This document shows, one piece after another, positions 22,401-36,730 of a stretch of DNA of 64,000 nucleotides. The notes under the pieces were generated by a model, which saw nothing but the letters and a program-made list of their open reading frames with translations, was not told where the DNA came from and ran no database searches. Each line of letters begins with the position of its first letter. The stretch's first letter is position 1. The translations under genes and the position numbers were made by a program. Origin of the DNA: Nemertoderma westbladi (Eukaryota; Animalia; Xenacoelomorpha); NCBI GenBank assembly GCA_032718475.1, contig JAUCBJ010008367.1, positions 43,201 to 107,200 of the forward strand. The letters are read 5' to 3'.

Positions 22401-25400
22401 TCATTCTTGGATGGAGAGGTAAAATTACAGCTCCTAAAGCAGTCCAGAAAGAAGACACCGGAAAATAAGGTAAGTGAGATACCCGTTTCTAGGAGAAAGG
22501 TAACACCAGTGTGTTATACAGACGACGGCGAAAGCCAGACCTCTCAAGAGGAGAGCAACGGGAAAGACACCGAAAGATCTTACTATGTCAACAAAACACC
22601 AAAGGATGTAAGTAAATTTAAGTCTCGAACCAGTGACAGGAGAGAACAGACAACAAAAACTCCCCCCACGTCTCCTAAGAGAATTCATGAAAGAAAGCCT
22701 GAGGAGAGAACAAGTGTGCACAACACTACCCAAGGTAAAGTAAGTAACATCAAACCAAAATGTGCGTTGTGCGACGGGCCCCACCGTTTAAGTGTGTGTG
22801 ATGAATTCTTAAAGAAATCCCTAAAAGATAGACGTGAAGTCATGTGGGATAAGCGGTTGTGTTATAATTGCCTCAGACAAGGACACCAACGGCGAACCTG
22901 TTACTCCGACGCAAGGTGTGCTAAGTGCGGCGCGAAACATCATATCTTGTTGCATACCGAATTCGAAAGAAACAGCCCGAGTCAGGTAAGTGAGTCCGAA
23001 CTACATGTCCAATTCAGTGATGTGAACGACACTGACCACAGTTCTGAGATGGAAGGATTCTACACGGATGAATTCTCCGACGAAAACGAATCCTGTTATC
23101 TAATAAACACTGCAGTGTATCGAGCACTTACGTATGAGACTGAAACCGAGAGTGAGCTTCCCCTAACTATTCCTGACCGACACCCATCTTGGAAAGCGCC
23201 AACTTCCAACGTAGGAATCCGAGAATTTCCCGTAGTGCAGTTGAGAGTCCATGGGTTAAAAAGGAGCTATATAGTGAATGCCCTCCTCGACTCCGGCAGC
23301 ACAGGAACATTCATCGACAAAGAACTAGCCGAAGACATCTTTGCTGGACAACCCAAGTTCGGAACTAAGTTGAACCTTTCAGGAATTATGCAGGTTTGGA
23401 AATCTACAGTAGCTACCGACTACTATGTAGGCGCGTTGTCCACCCCCCAGGATGAACTAGGAGAACACAGTATAAGGTCAGTAAAAATGGTGGTGATAAA
23501 GAACTTCGCTACCAGCCAAGTGGAACCTTATAACTGGGATGAAGACGATTTCACCCAGCAGCATGAGATACCTAGATTCAACACCGACTACCCAGGGGTA
23601 CAAATACTCATCGGCCAAAATGCGCATGAGGCGCTTGAGACATTAGAGAAACGGCCTGCTCAACCGCAACCATTGCAAACCTATGCGGGAAGAACTAGAG
23701 TAGGTTGGTACTTTACCGGACCTTCCCGTAGAACTCTCATGGAAAGGCTACCTAAAGAACAGGTCTACCAGGTGAGTGAATGGGAAGAGGAAATCAGTGA
23801 GGGAGACGACACACCTGAGGGAACACCATACTCCTCAGATAATGACGATATACATCAACTATTCGACGAGGAGAATACCATCGACCTCCTTACGGAAAAT
23901 GAAACTTGGCAAAACCAAGTGAACCTGTGTCACCTCATCCATCCAGCGGGACAAGTCGATTACAACGACGAACTGAATGAAGTGATAGATTGTTACAATG
24001 CGAAGACTCGCGATGAACACGCCGTATGATTCTTTACTCAAGAGGCTGTAGAGCCCAATTCCTACGATAAGGCCCTATCGGTAGAAGAGGAAAGAGCCAA
24101 GCAGATACAGGAAACGACTACCCGTTTTCTTAAAGATCAAGGTAGGTATGAGATTGGTCTGCCTTTCCGACGGCGAGAACCCAATTTTATAAACAACAGA
24201 CCCTTGGCGGAGAAGAGAATTGCGCAACTACATCGACGCCTTATGGCAAATGCTTCAGCTAAGGAGATGTACAAGACCCAGCTGAAGAAATTCATTGACA
24301 AGGGATATGCGGAGCGAGTACCGGAAGAAACACCCATAACTGAGAGAACGTACTATTTAACACATCATTACGTTCCCAAACCCAGTAAACCCAACGAAGT
24401 CCGGGTAGTATTTGACGGCTCCGCCCTCTCACATGGGCCAATCCCTTAACTCCGAGTTGTTGCCAGGACCCAACTTACTCCAATCCTTGTTGGGAATACT
24501 CTTAAGATTACGGCAATATTCGATCGCTTTCGCCTCCGATATAGAAGGCATGTTCTTACAAGTTAAGGCGCTGGATAAGGATCGGGACAGCCTACGATTT
24601 CTGTGGTGGCCTGAAGGAGACCTCAACCAGAAACCGGTGGAGTACTGGATGACCATCCAGGCTTTTGGGATCATCTCGAGCCCTTCAAACGCCTGCTCAG
24701 TAGTGCGCACCACTGCTGATGACAACCGGGACGCCTTCTCCAAAGAGGTTATCGACAACATCAAACGGGATATATACATGGACGACAATTTAAAGTCCCT
24801 CCCATCGGTGGAAGAAGCCATTGATGTCGCCAAAGGAACGGTAGAGTGCTTGAAAAGAGGTGGATTTCGATTAACTAAATTCACCAGTAACTCCCGTGAA
24901 TTTCTGGAATCGATCCCGGTAGAAGACCGAGGAGTTAAAGATCTAGACCTTATCAAGGACGATCTTCCAGAAACTAAGACGCTTGGTTTGAAATGGGACA
25001 CAGAGAGAGATATCCTGTTTTTCCAGCTAAAACAGCGAGATAATCCAGTTCGGACTAAACGGATTTGTCTAAGTATCCTGAGCACTTATTTCGATCCATT
25101 GGGATTTATTAGCCCAGTTATATTGATTGCTCGGAGTTTAGTACAACAAATGTGGCTTGAAAACCACTCATGGGACGATCCGCTTAAGGGAGAACTATTA
25201 AAGAAGTGGATGAAATGGGAAGATTCTCTACCATCCATCGAGAACTTTATAATTTCCCGTTCATATTTTGGTCATGTTCTCCCCACGTATTCCTATCAAC
25301 TCCATGTGTTTGGAGACGCCAGCGATATGGGAATAGGTATAGTAGCCTACCTGAGAGTTGAAACTCCGGATGGAATTATGGTCGCCTTGGTTACCTCTAA

Positions 25401-27660
25401 GGCCTTGATAAACAACAAGTTGAAAGTTCCTCGAGCGGAGTTCAAAGCGGCTCTATACGCTACAGCCATCGGCCGGAATGTAACAGAACAGATCGACTAT
25501 CCACTGGAGAAAACTGTCTATTGGACCGATGCTTTACTCGTGTTGGAGTATATAACCAATGAAGTCTGTCAGTTCAGCGTCTTCGTTACCAACAGAGTAG
25601 CCATTATACTTAGTCGCACGAAGATAGATCAATGGAGACATTGCCCTGGGACGATTAATCCAGCCGACATCGCCTCCAGGGGAGCAACTCCACAAGAACT
25701 GATAGATACTCCAGACTGGTTAGGTGGACCCGACTTCCTAAGCAAGGAAGAGGATGAATGGCCTCCTCATCTTACTACAGCGGAGATTAGACAAGCCAAG
25801 GGAGCGGAGAAAGTCAAACCTAAAACCCGGGCGAGTAAATCGAAGTTATTTAAACCCGTGATAGATCTGTCTGTACTACACACTTCCGGAGACGACGCTT
25901 TGGATCCAAAATCCCCAGCCACAAATAAGTCTGTTGTGGAAATCAGAGAGAGAGATTGGAAATCTGGAACACCAGAAGTCTCACAAGGACTCTCACCTCT
26001 CCTGCAGAGAGCGATACATCACTATAGCTCCTGGAATCGGCTTTGTAAGGCCGTTGCTTATTTAAAGCGATGTTTTCATCATCACTACTCCAGGATGAAG
26101 ATCGCTAGTGATACCGCCCCACTGACATCTGCGCAGGTCCATGTTGTTAAAGATCTTCCCAAATACAAGATATCAGACAGATTTCTGAAGGAGAGGATCA
26201 GTTACCAGGAGCATGAAGAAATAAATAAGCAGATACTGAGACTCCTGCAATGCTATGAGGATTCCGATAAGTATTTCCTGTTGTTGAGAAATCCACAGAT
26301 GCGCTTAAGGGATCGTTTCTCTAGCACAATGATAGATGGGTTAATACGCATTGGAGGAAGACTAACTAATGCTCCATTATCCTTTGACACTAAGTTTCCC
26401 ATACTCATTAGAAATCTTGAAATACAAATCAAGATGATTGTAGATGTTCACAGTAAGCTTTACCATGCTGGTAGAGAACGAGTTCTTAGCGAAATTCGAA
26501 CTCGCTATTATTTTCATAAACCCCGTAGAGCTCTGAACCAAGTTCTTAGGAACTGCATACCCTGTAGGAAAGCATTCAGTAGGCCTTTAACACAGCGAGA
26601 GGCAGAATTACCTAGGGAACGAGTAAGCTTCTATGAACCACCCTTCACAAATACCGGTGTGGATTTATTTGGCCCTATTGAAGTATATCGTGCTAAGACT
26701 ATAGTCAAGAGATGGTGTGTCATCTTTGTCTGTATGACTTGTAGAGCTATCCATCTCGATATGGTGAACGATCTATCTACCAACAGCTTCATACTGAGCT
26801 TACGCCGACAGATCGCTCGCTTTGGAACTAGTAACACGATGAGATCTGATAAGGGAACGAACTTCATTGGTGCCAACAATGAAATCAAGGCTTACGTCAA
26901 AGATTGGAACCAAAGACAGGTGGACGATCAGCTAAGGGTAACAGCGTCTAGCTGGACCTTCAACGCCACCGATGCCCCTTGGTGGGGAGGAAGTTGGGAG
27001 AGATTAATCAGAAGCGTGAAGACCGCATTTCACTTTATAGTGCCGTGCTGTGCGTATCTCACCGACGAACTTTTGCGGACGTTAATGGAGGAAATCGCCG
27101 CCTATCTCAACGAGAGACCGCTTATGCCAGTCTCATCGAGTCCCGATTCCCTGGAAGCGCTAACACCCGCGCACTTCCTACTGAAGAAACCTGTAGCCAT
27201 GCTCCCACGATCGGAAATCACGGACGGAGACGAATACTGCCGGCAAACTTGGCAACTTATGCAGTTGTTATCCCGTCGTTTCGCTGACCATTTCGAAAAA
27301 CATTATCTGCCTACACTACAACTTCGAACTAAGTGGTTTGCGCAGCAAGAAAACGTCAGCGCCGGAGACATGGTCCTTATCGTGGAGTCAGATCTTCCAC
27401 GTAAGCGGTGGCAGACAGGTCGTATCATCGAGACTCATATCTCAGATGACGGTTTGGTGCGATCGGTAGAACTCGTCGTCATGCGACGTAACTTTAAGAA
27501 ACCTGGAATTGTGTTCGAAACACAACAACTCAATCGCCCAGTTGGTCGTTTATGTTTACTGGAAAGAGACAGAGAACTCTCCGGAAACTATGGAAGGCAA
27601 GATACTCTTCCCACGACCACCTCCCTAATCCAACCAACATCCAGGGACTCCCCAACGTAA
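19459..27660 (+). pseudogene. BEL/Pao gag-pol of copy 2, disrupted
   Basis: Fragments 19459-19701, 19753-20028, 19950-21512, 21516-24029, 24204-24449 and 24412-27660; from ~20500 on they are colinear with copy 1. Stops at 19699/19702, 21510 and 24027; frameshifts at ~19950 and ~24430. Confidence 0.93.
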
Positions 27661-28986
27661 CAGCGTCTGGAGTGGGTGTGTGACTATATTATTTTATATA
27701 TTTTTATTATTTTTATATTTATGTGTGTATTATTATGTACTCTTATTATAATCGTTTTCTTTAATTTTATTTAGTAGAATGTTGTTCTAGCAATTATCTA
27801 GTAGATTAGTGCAATATATATTAGTCTTATTACTTAATTACTTATATATTATATATTTAGTGCGACGGCGAGAAATAATTATTTTTCTCTTTCCTTACTG
27901 TACGTATTACATTATAAATGCGTGACTACAGTAAGATGAAATATCCGTACTTATTAAAGTACAATAAAGCTCCTACTATACTCTAGTATTATTGGTAAGT
28001 AGAGTATTAGGAATGCAAAATTCAGATCCTCGTGTCTCGGCTAAACCAAGCTCTGGGTAGACCTTGGAAACGACTTGCCTCTTCTCACTGACATTGCTTC
28101 TTGCAATATTGCTCTCATACCGTATATTAAATAATACATATAGTAGCGTGATGTCCCTTTAACAGTAGCGTAAAACACAAAATAAATCTGTTAAACCCTT
28201 TGACCATCTATAATTCTAGTCGATTAAGATATCGCGGCACCCACCGATATACTTGAAAGACAAAATTATAGAATCAATGGTTAACGTCCCCAGACATGTT
28301 CTGGAATAAACCGGTGCCCATCTTAAATATTAACTATTAATATTTATAAAATCTGTCAAACAAATACAATAGATTAAATACTTAAAAGTTAACTCTAGAA
28401 AATCTATAAATTAAAATCTGTTGAATTTTAGATCCTTTAAAATTCTAGTCGATTAAGATATCGTAGCACTTACTGATACTCTTAAAAAGACAAATTTCCT
28501 AGAATCAAGGATCACAGTTCCCAGGCATGCTCTGGAATAAAATTGTGCTTATTCCAACATTAAATAATAAAATTTACGGGAATAAATTTAAATTCATCTC
28601 TTTTAATGAATTTGATAAATTGTCATTTTTATACAATTTATAACATTCCCAAAATTCCATTAATTAATAGATCATGGGAGCGGAGATTCACCCTATTAAG
28701 TATATTAGTGTGCGACAATCTCCAATATATAGTCAATAGCCGATAAAATTCATAAAATCATGTATAAAGAGGAATATTGACAATTAAAGAATTACTATTA
28801 AATAGCATCCCAGATCTGTATGCATGAGAATTACCCTAATTCTACTGCTAGCTTTCCATAATGTCACCATGGCAACAACCACGCTAGAATTAGAAGTGAG
28901 TTAAAAGAACAATAAAGCTTATCCCATTGAATAGCATAAGGAATAAAATAGCACACTGCTAGTATCCAAGGATACATAATAATAAC

Positions 28987-29322
28987 GTGGCATTCTGGAA
29001 GGCACTTGACTAAAGGACAAATGGCCCGAATGTGTGCGGTTTGTGACAGATGTGTGGAATTTGTGCGTTTATAGGTGAATGTTACTACTAAAGTGTGTTT
29101 ACAGTAGCGAGTCGCAGTTGTGAAAGTAGCCCTACCTCTGCAGTAAGAACCTGAAGTAAATCTAAGCCCTTGGGACGGACAGTGGAGTGACTCGCGCTGG
29201 TTGTTGTTGTCGTTGTGCAGCTACTATGTTGGCGATAGGCACAGCGGCGACAGTACATCAGCGCTGAGGATCTTGCGCTGTCTGGGGGCCGTGAGGGGTA
29301 GGCAGCGACGCCCGCTAGCCTA
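28987..29322 (+). ncRNA. Structured cis-RNA (IRES-like candidate), copy 2
   Basis: Homologue of 8324-8658; T29198-A29260 and T29205-A29252 replace C-G pairs, with further G-U/G-C switches. Confidence 0.6.
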
Positions 29323-29363
29323 ATTATAACTAATTATAATATTGATAAACTCATATAGCAGCT

Positions 29364-30837
29364 ATGACTGAGTTGATAGAAGATGATCTTGGTATCAAGG
29401 AGCGATATACTCTACCGTTGCAAGCGTTTGTTGATAGCTTAATTCGCGGCGACGCTAGTCAACCTACTACGGAGGACGAAGGCCGTTATATCGAACCGCC
29501 AATGTCAAAGGAACAACTCACGCGTGAATTGGACTATAGAAAATTCACCGCTCGCTATACGCATCGTAATGGTACGCATATAGACTTCTTAACTACTGGT
29601 CATCCTATCGATTTACACGATACGGATGATGTCGACACCGAAAGGGAAATGGTCCTATTTAAATATCATACCCAGCGGAGTCGGAACGATAAACTGAGAA
29701 TCGAATGCGAAAATTCTATTCGAAATCGACTCGAAAGAGAAGACGTTAAAGAACCGGATAAACGCAGTGACTCCAACGTATATTTGGAATTCTTGAGAGA
29801 AACATTATAAAACTGAAGAAAGATCACCCGCGTTTCCCCTACAAGACGTGCGTCTTTGGTATTATCGCGATGAATGCCCAAGACCCAACCAACAAACGGA
29901 AAGACGTAAACATCCGCGGAGACGTTGCTCTAAACACAGTTTTACTCGCTATATTTACGAGAGTTTCGAGCGAAACTTGTCCGATGTATCACCTACGCTC
30001 GCTCGACTCAAACGATCCTTAAATAAACCTATGATCAGAGTTCCGGAATACTCGGTCAGGCCTCCTCACTCCCTGGTGAGACCTCAGACTCTTGATCCTA
30101 ATAGTATGACGGATCCTCCCGAACTGTACTCACTGTTTAAAGATCTAGTGTTACCCGAACTTTTAGTCGGTGGCACTCCGGTTGTGGGCTCCCTAAATAT
30201 TCGCCCATCTTACCTCGCCGGATTGGGACGCGGACATATATATCGCCATTCAACCGTATCATCGTCCCGGTTTAACCCGATACAACCTGTCACCGAGGTG
30301 GAGGAGAGAGTTGTACGAAACGCGTTGGACACTATTCGTCAAAAGATCGGAAAAGGAACCTACAATTGTTTAGCGAAACGTAAATTGCAGCAGCAAGTCC
30401 AAGCGGTAAACGAATTAGCTTTATCACAGTTCGATCAGGAAATCCAGAATCTCTAAGAAGATATCGAACTTGGACGACTCTACTTTCTGCAAGAGTTTTG
30501 GACGAATGCTTTCAACAACAAGCGGAGGAAAATCAGCTCGAGGAGAAGCATATCGATTCCGATAGAGCCCGAGAACCCGTCAGGGACCAGTAAGAGCTGC
30601 TGTCTTAAAACGCGCTCTCAAGGTTGTTCGACCTCGTTCCACTGAGGTTGATACCGATCAACGGATACCTCGACTGGCGGATACACCGACCATAATCCTA
30701 AACCTTCCAATGCAATTGTATTGCACCCTTCACCCAGGAGTTATAGCCCTCCTAGTAAAGTGGCTCGCCCCAAAGAGAAAAGGACTCTTGCTAGCCTCAA
30801 AAAACTGCGTAAATGCCGTCCACGCAAGAAAGACTAA
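29364..30837 (+). pseudogene. Internally deleted accessory ORF of copy 2 (lacks exonuclease and knuckles)
   Basis: Matches copy 1 at 8700-~9140, ~9303-~10060, ~12601-12615 and ~12691-12954; about 2.8 kb is missing. Confidence 0.9.
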
Positions 30838-30915
30838 CTGTTTAGAGTATTTTTATATTTTAGAAACTGTGATTTTTTATATTTTATAGAATTAAATCCC
30901 ATTTTCTGGGAGCGG

Positions 30916-32119
30916 TGTAAAGGCTTTTGCGGATATAACTAGTCATTTTCCCCACAAAGTACTCTGTAGGTATTTTAGCGGACATAAAAAGCCGTTTTTC
31001 TTACTGTGTAGGTGTTTTAGTGGACATAAAAAGCCATTTTTCTGTATGTGTACTTTAGCGGACATAACAAGCCATTTTATGCCGCAATACGCCAAAATAC
31101 TCTTAATACAGTGTGGCTTAGATGACGAAATCTATCAGCTGATTTTGATGTCGATGTGGAGCTTTCGTAACTCTCTTTGTTCAGCTCACTTGACCAATCA
31201 GAGCGATTTTCATTTTATTTGCACAGAAGCCTCCGGGAAATCGCGCAATGCATGACGGTCTTTGTTTACCTTTTCCTGAGCCCAGAACATCGGCTTTGGA
31301 ATTATTCTTAGTTTCAGACTTTAGCCAAACATTCGACGGCTTTGATTATAGGAACGTATAACTGTTATCAGCAAACCACTAAAGTTACGCAAAACAGCCC
31401 ATATCATACTATACATACCTTTCACCGCATTATTTTACTGCTATTTACTGTCGGTTATTAATTGTTATAAGTTGGTGGATATGTTGTTATATTTGGAGAA
31501 TATCGATAAATAATCATAAAACCCCAATCTTCTTGATATACTGAAGGTAAGAGGGACCAGTTACCTGTAGCAACTGCGACTTACATTTATAGTGGTTTTG
31601 GAGTGAATTGAATGCTATTTCATAATCCCTACATGTGTCAGTTACTATTCTCCTTATATATGATCAAATTTAGTGAAGGTCGGCAGATCAGTGTGCAGCA
31701 GTGTGCGGAAGTGTACATGAGTGTGACAGATAACAAAGCATTTCCTAAAGAATGCGCTTTATACGAAAATCATTAGCCATCCCGTTGTGTTTAGTGTAAG
31801 TCATAACTCTGTTTACATACTTAGAGCGCCACGTCCTAAAGGAACTGTTAATATTTCCCGAAAGTAAATAATATTTGTCAGAGATTATATATTAACGATC
31901 AATCGAATAGTACAGTAAGTCTACACCGCAATAAGGTCAGAGCCTCCGAATCCAGTCTCCCTTAACTGTGGGTGAATGGTCGCGCATAGGCTGGCTTCGG
32001 CTAATGTTACTTTATATCTTATATGCATCAAATACTTGTTATAGGCTAAAGTCGATTTATAAACTAGAAGACACCTAAAATTAGCGGGTTAAACTGCTAA
32101 AGGTCTAAAAGTGCGAACA
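30916..32119 (+). repeat. 3' LTR of BEL copy 2
   Basis: TG...CA, follows PPT CTGGGAGCGG, ~99% identical to the 5' LTR. Confidence 0.96.
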
Positions 32120-32279
32120 ACTACTGTAGCTGATTTCTCATTTATATCTGATGTTAACACGTTTGGCAAAATTAAGCAAGATTTCTGTGATAAAAAATAG
32201 ATGTGAAAATTATCGAAGTCTTAAAAGCGCAAACAGTTGCCTAATTAAAAAATGGACTTTAGTTCATTGTTTTTCATCA

Positions 32280-33170
32280 CGATTAAAGGTTCGATTATTT
32301 AGAGCAGCAGTAGTTCCAGTACTCCTCTATGGGAGTCCATGCTGGGCTCTAACTGCTGTGGACACTAGATCTCTGGATGGCATACTCACAAGAATTCTAC
32401 GTCGGGTTCACTGTGTCAAGTACAATGAAGACATCTCCAATCAGCCTCTATACAACATTGAAGGTGTTCAATTAATCTCCCATAGCTTGACACTTTAACG
32501 GAACCGCCTTCCTTTGCAGGACATTGCTTTCGCCGTGAGGACCAGCCAGTTCATAATCTTGTACTTTGGCGTCCTCATGGAGTGAGTAAGCATGGTGGGC
32601 AGTCCATGACTCCCTTGAGACGCCTCTTTAAAGGTGACTGGCCTTGAAAATGCGGATAATTACGCGCGAGAGACATAGGGGATAGGGAGTTGTGGTGGTG
32701 CAACTTTCTTGATTAGCCGGCATAGCCTTCGTAATGCACGCTGCACGATGCCAATTGTGGATTACAGGGTGGTGGCAAAAATATTTTTGTTGAAGCATAG
32801 CATCTCAATGTACAGCTTCAATGAAGAAGGCCGATTATTATAGTAAGTAGTGGTAGTAGTAATATCCTAAGCGAAACCGGAAACAGACTTGGCTTTGTAT
32901 CTGAGGAGACCAAATCTCTGGATGGGACTTATACAAGAATGCTACGTCGGGTTCACTGTGTGGAGTTCAATCCGATCCTCCAATCAGATACTATATAACA
33001 TTAAAGGTGTTACATTCGTCCCTCAAGCTTTGATAGTTGAACAGAGCCGCCTCCACTTCACAGGACATTACTTTCGCCGTGAGGACCAGCTTATGCGGAT
33101 CTTGTATTTTGGTAGTTTCAGGTCGGCTAGAGTAAGCATGGTGAGCAGCCCTTGACATTCTTGAGACGCT
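32280..33170 (+). mobile_element. Two adjacent RTE-like 3' fragments (same family as 57690-59151)
   Basis: KVRLFRAAVVPVLLYGSPCWAL motif; AGT/TAG-rich tail at ~32841-32861; a second degenerate copy at ~32895-33170. Confidence 0.8.
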
Positions 33171-35887
33171 GTTGATGTGTATTTCTGGTAATGCAAATCC
33201 AATTTTGGTGCCATTCTGGTGCCACAAAACGAAAAGTACAAGTAGCAAAAAAATGTATACTGTAAAATTTAGCCTTTGGTTTGGTAATTCTGAAGCTATA
33301 CTAGGTCGCTCGCTGATCACGATACAACACATTAAAAATCATTCGTGGTGACGCAACTTTCGTTTTTGGTGCATGTCTAGTGGGATGAAAAATACAAGTA
33401 GCCTTAAAATCAGTTTGATTTGGAAATGATTATTGATTATCAAATTTGAGCTACTTGTATTTTTCATACCGCGCTTTGACACATAACCAAAAATGCCCCA
33501 ATCATCAAGGTACGATATATTTCAGTGTCATATTCTTGATAAGCATCCCATATTGTCATAAAATCAATTTGATTTTGTGGTGATTTTTCATTATCATATT
33601 TTAACTATTTGTTTCTTTTAGTGCCCCCGCCAGGAGGCACATTCAAAATTACCAAAAAATTTTCTCGAATGTTATATTGAGTTTCATAATCGTGATAAGC
33701 ATCCGAAAATCCGCTATATACCACAAATAAATTAATTTTAGTGGTACAACGTTTTTAAAATTTTAGCACGAAAAATACTGGAGATGGGTGCTAGCTGCTA
33801 GGACCACAGCACGAAAACTAATATAGCCATGTAAATTTCGTCTACTTTGTTGGATAGCCCATTAATTTTAAGGAAATGTCACGAAATCTCGGTTTTACAA
33901 ACAAACCTGACTCAGGATACAGATGAATTACAAAAAAATTCAAAAATGTTTCCCCCCGGGCCAAATAAGGTTAAACTAATGCCAATGCTATCGGTGGATT
34001 GTTGGATTTCTGTAGAAAAACAAATCGATCTCCCAAGTGAAACAAATGGAATAAAACCCCTCTGATATTAAATTTCAATACTAAGCTAACATTTCATCTA
34101 TATATCCTATATTTGATCTTTCTGTAATGCATTCCTCACATATAATTGATTTTCGGTTATTATCTAACAAGGCCTGCCTGGCCTTTTTATCTGCCTAAAT
34201 TACTCTGCCTCTTCTCTATCCCTAGAAATACTTCCATCCATGGCCTATATCCTACATAATAAGGAAAATACATTATACTGTATATTATATTAAAGTGTAT
34301 AAAATAGCGCATTATATGATTAAGATACAAGTTTTGCGCCACTTTAAGGTAATTAAATACGAGACTTTAATTCCGATGGGATTTTGGATGTTTAATCCCG
34401 ATGGATTCTATTCCTCTGTTGCAACAGAGAGGACCAGTCATGCCATGGCAAGGCAGAGATTTCCTAGTTCTGCTAGCGCGAAGACTAAGTCTTAACTTGA
34501 CCACAATTAGGTGGTCAGTACCGGAGAAGGGTCGAAGTGTAAATGCACAACAGTCTTGTACAGAACTTCTATACAGAGCTCCTGTTCTATCTGGGAATTG
34601 TGGCTACTGGGTCCAGTAGGAGTCCATAGCTTTCCAGTTCGCTTCTTGAACTGGGTTCTAGCCGAAACCAATCCATTTCCAGAGATGAAATCCTGAAGAT
34701 GGACGGAATTTCGGTTAAGACTATAGATGTGGTGTAGATGCGGTGTAGATGAGTGATGTAGACATGCATTAAAGTTGCAAAAAATTATTATTTTCAGTGT
34801 ACTTAGCTTGACTCAGTTGAGGAGGCTGCTCGTAAGCTTGCAGTAGTGGTTCGGAAACCGAGGTTACAGATCGTCTAATTCATCGTCTAAATCAATCGTC
34901 TAAATCATCTAATTGGCGATGTAATATAATCGAAACCTTCTTGAAGATGGGATGTTTTGAAGTTGATTTTTCTCAGGTAATGTTTACTAAGTTACCATTC
35001 AGCCAATTCCCTCCAATTAATATCCTCCACATTATTACTAACTCTTTGTCGAAGGACACTAAGAGCTACTGGGAGAGACTTCCAAGAGAGACCTCCAATG
35101 TCGTCCGTAGCAATTTTGAACCCCCTTATATGGTTCTCAAAAACTCATTCCAATTTTTGCAACAAGCTGCGCAGTAAATATGATTTCTTCACAATGCTGT
35201 ATTATCCGTTCAATCCAGGCATGAACTCTCCTCCATCCCCCTCTGTCTGTCCATGATAGGGGACCAATATTATCATTTTAACAACCATCATATATTCATA
35301 GATTTATTAGCAAGAAACGATCTAAACATGGTTGGAATGATAGAGTTGTTGTTTTGACCTGAACAACTCTCACAAATAATATGAACTATCTTCTCTCTTG
35401 CTCCTTTCTTGTCCCCTCCTTGCAACCATTTAAACAGTCTCAATTCAATTTAAGCAATCTCATTCGATCCAGGCCTGCTTCCAGTACCGGTCGAGGAACA
35501 CTTGGCGTTTTCGTATAACTTCCATGTCTATCGTATAACTTTTCGCTTAGAGTAACAACTATAATATAATATATTAGTTATAGACTCAGATAGAGGGTGG
35601 GGGGGAAATTACTGTCGCTGGGACTTCAGGACTGATGTTACCGGTAGTACTGGACTGCAGTACTAGACTGAATTGAGTACTGCAACCGCAGCACTGCATA
35701 CCGGTACTGCGATAAGCAATACTGCATACGGTCAGACTGTCTACTCTGTTTGTGCTTTATAATTACTGTATTGCAGTTATACTTGAATAATACTTAACGT
35801 CGAGTTGTTTCGCCTTGTGTTTATCTTATAAGCTAACCGGGCTTTGGCTGTATCAACACTACGAATACGACAACTGAAGAATATAGG

Positions 35888-36730
35888 ATGGCTCCTAAGC
35901 TCTCAGACTACGTCAAGAAATACAGTGGTAGTGAAGACCCGTATCCATGGCTGCAGATGTTTGAAGACACATTCGAAATTCTAAAACTCGAAGCCAAGTT
36001 GATGGAAGAATCAAGGCCGACGTATCTGCGGTTATCCTTGGAGGGCCTGGCGTTCGCTGTTATTAATCGACTACCGACTGACGAGAAAAACGATTATGAA
36101 ACGGTCAAACGTGCTTTAATCAAAGCTTTTGCAGTTAATCCATACACTGCGTATGACCAGTTCAAACAAAGGTGTTTGAGTGAAGGAGAGTGTGCGGATA
36201 CATTCCTCGCCGATCTTCGTCGACTGTTATCATTGGTTACGGGTGGCGCTATGGAAACTCATGCAGTGACGTCAATTTTGGCAGGGCAATTTGTTAGTGG
36301 ACTTCCAGATTCAATTCGGAGCGAAACTAAAGCATTGGTCTCTGATGAAATGGATCTCGATCAATTACTCGTTCAAGCGAGGAGATTACTTTCGGAGAAA
36401 CAAGCGGATGACTCTTCGACGACGATGAATGTTGTGGGTGCAGTGGGCGGTTTTGGACCAAGGAATCGTGTGCGAAACAATTATCAGGGTGGAAGACGTG
36501 GTTACTCGCAGGGGTGCTATCGTTGTGGCGATAAGTCCCATTTTGCTCGAGAATGCAGGAAGAATATGACTACTTTCAATGATGATGGGTCGAGCAGGGG
36601 TAATAGCGATGGTCGCAGCACAGTGGTTAATCGGGCAGACACAAATAAAGCATCGGAGATGAGATGTTATCGGTGTGGGGGAACCGACCACTTGGCGCGG
36701 GGGTGTATTGCTCCTTCGGGAAACGAATAG
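35888..36730 (+). CDS. Gag with two CCHC zinc knuckles
   Basis: CYRCGDKSHFAREC and CYRCGGTDHLARGC; intact 280-aa ORF. Confidence 0.9.
   Translation: MAPKLSDYVKKYSGSEDPYPWLQMFEDTFEILKLEAKLMEESRPTYLRLSLEGLAFAVINRLPTDEKNDYETVKRALIKAFAVNPYTAYDQFKQRCLSEGECADTFLADLRRLLSLVTGGAMETHAVTSILAGQFVSGLPDSIRSETKALVSDEMDLDQLLVQARRLLSEKQADDSSTTMNVVGAVGGFGPRNRVRNNYQGGRRGYSQGCYRCGDKSHFARECRKNMTTFNDDGSSRGNSDGRSTVVNRADTNKASEMRCYRCGGTDHLARGCIAPSGNE

Larger units (their letters stand above)
16262..32119 (+). mobile_element. BEL/Pao LTR retrotransposon, copy 2 (15.9 kb, both LTRs present, degraded ORFs)
   Basis: Two 1204-bp TG...CA LTRs with about 14 substitutions counted by eye; flanks ACTAT (16257-16261) and ACTAC (32120-32124); PPT at 30906-30915. 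Confidence 0.96.

Noticed and set aside
33170-35550. Short ORFs and small repeats (e.g. ATCGTCTAA at ~34870-34902)
   Set aside because: No identifiable motifs or boundaries; probably decayed repeats.
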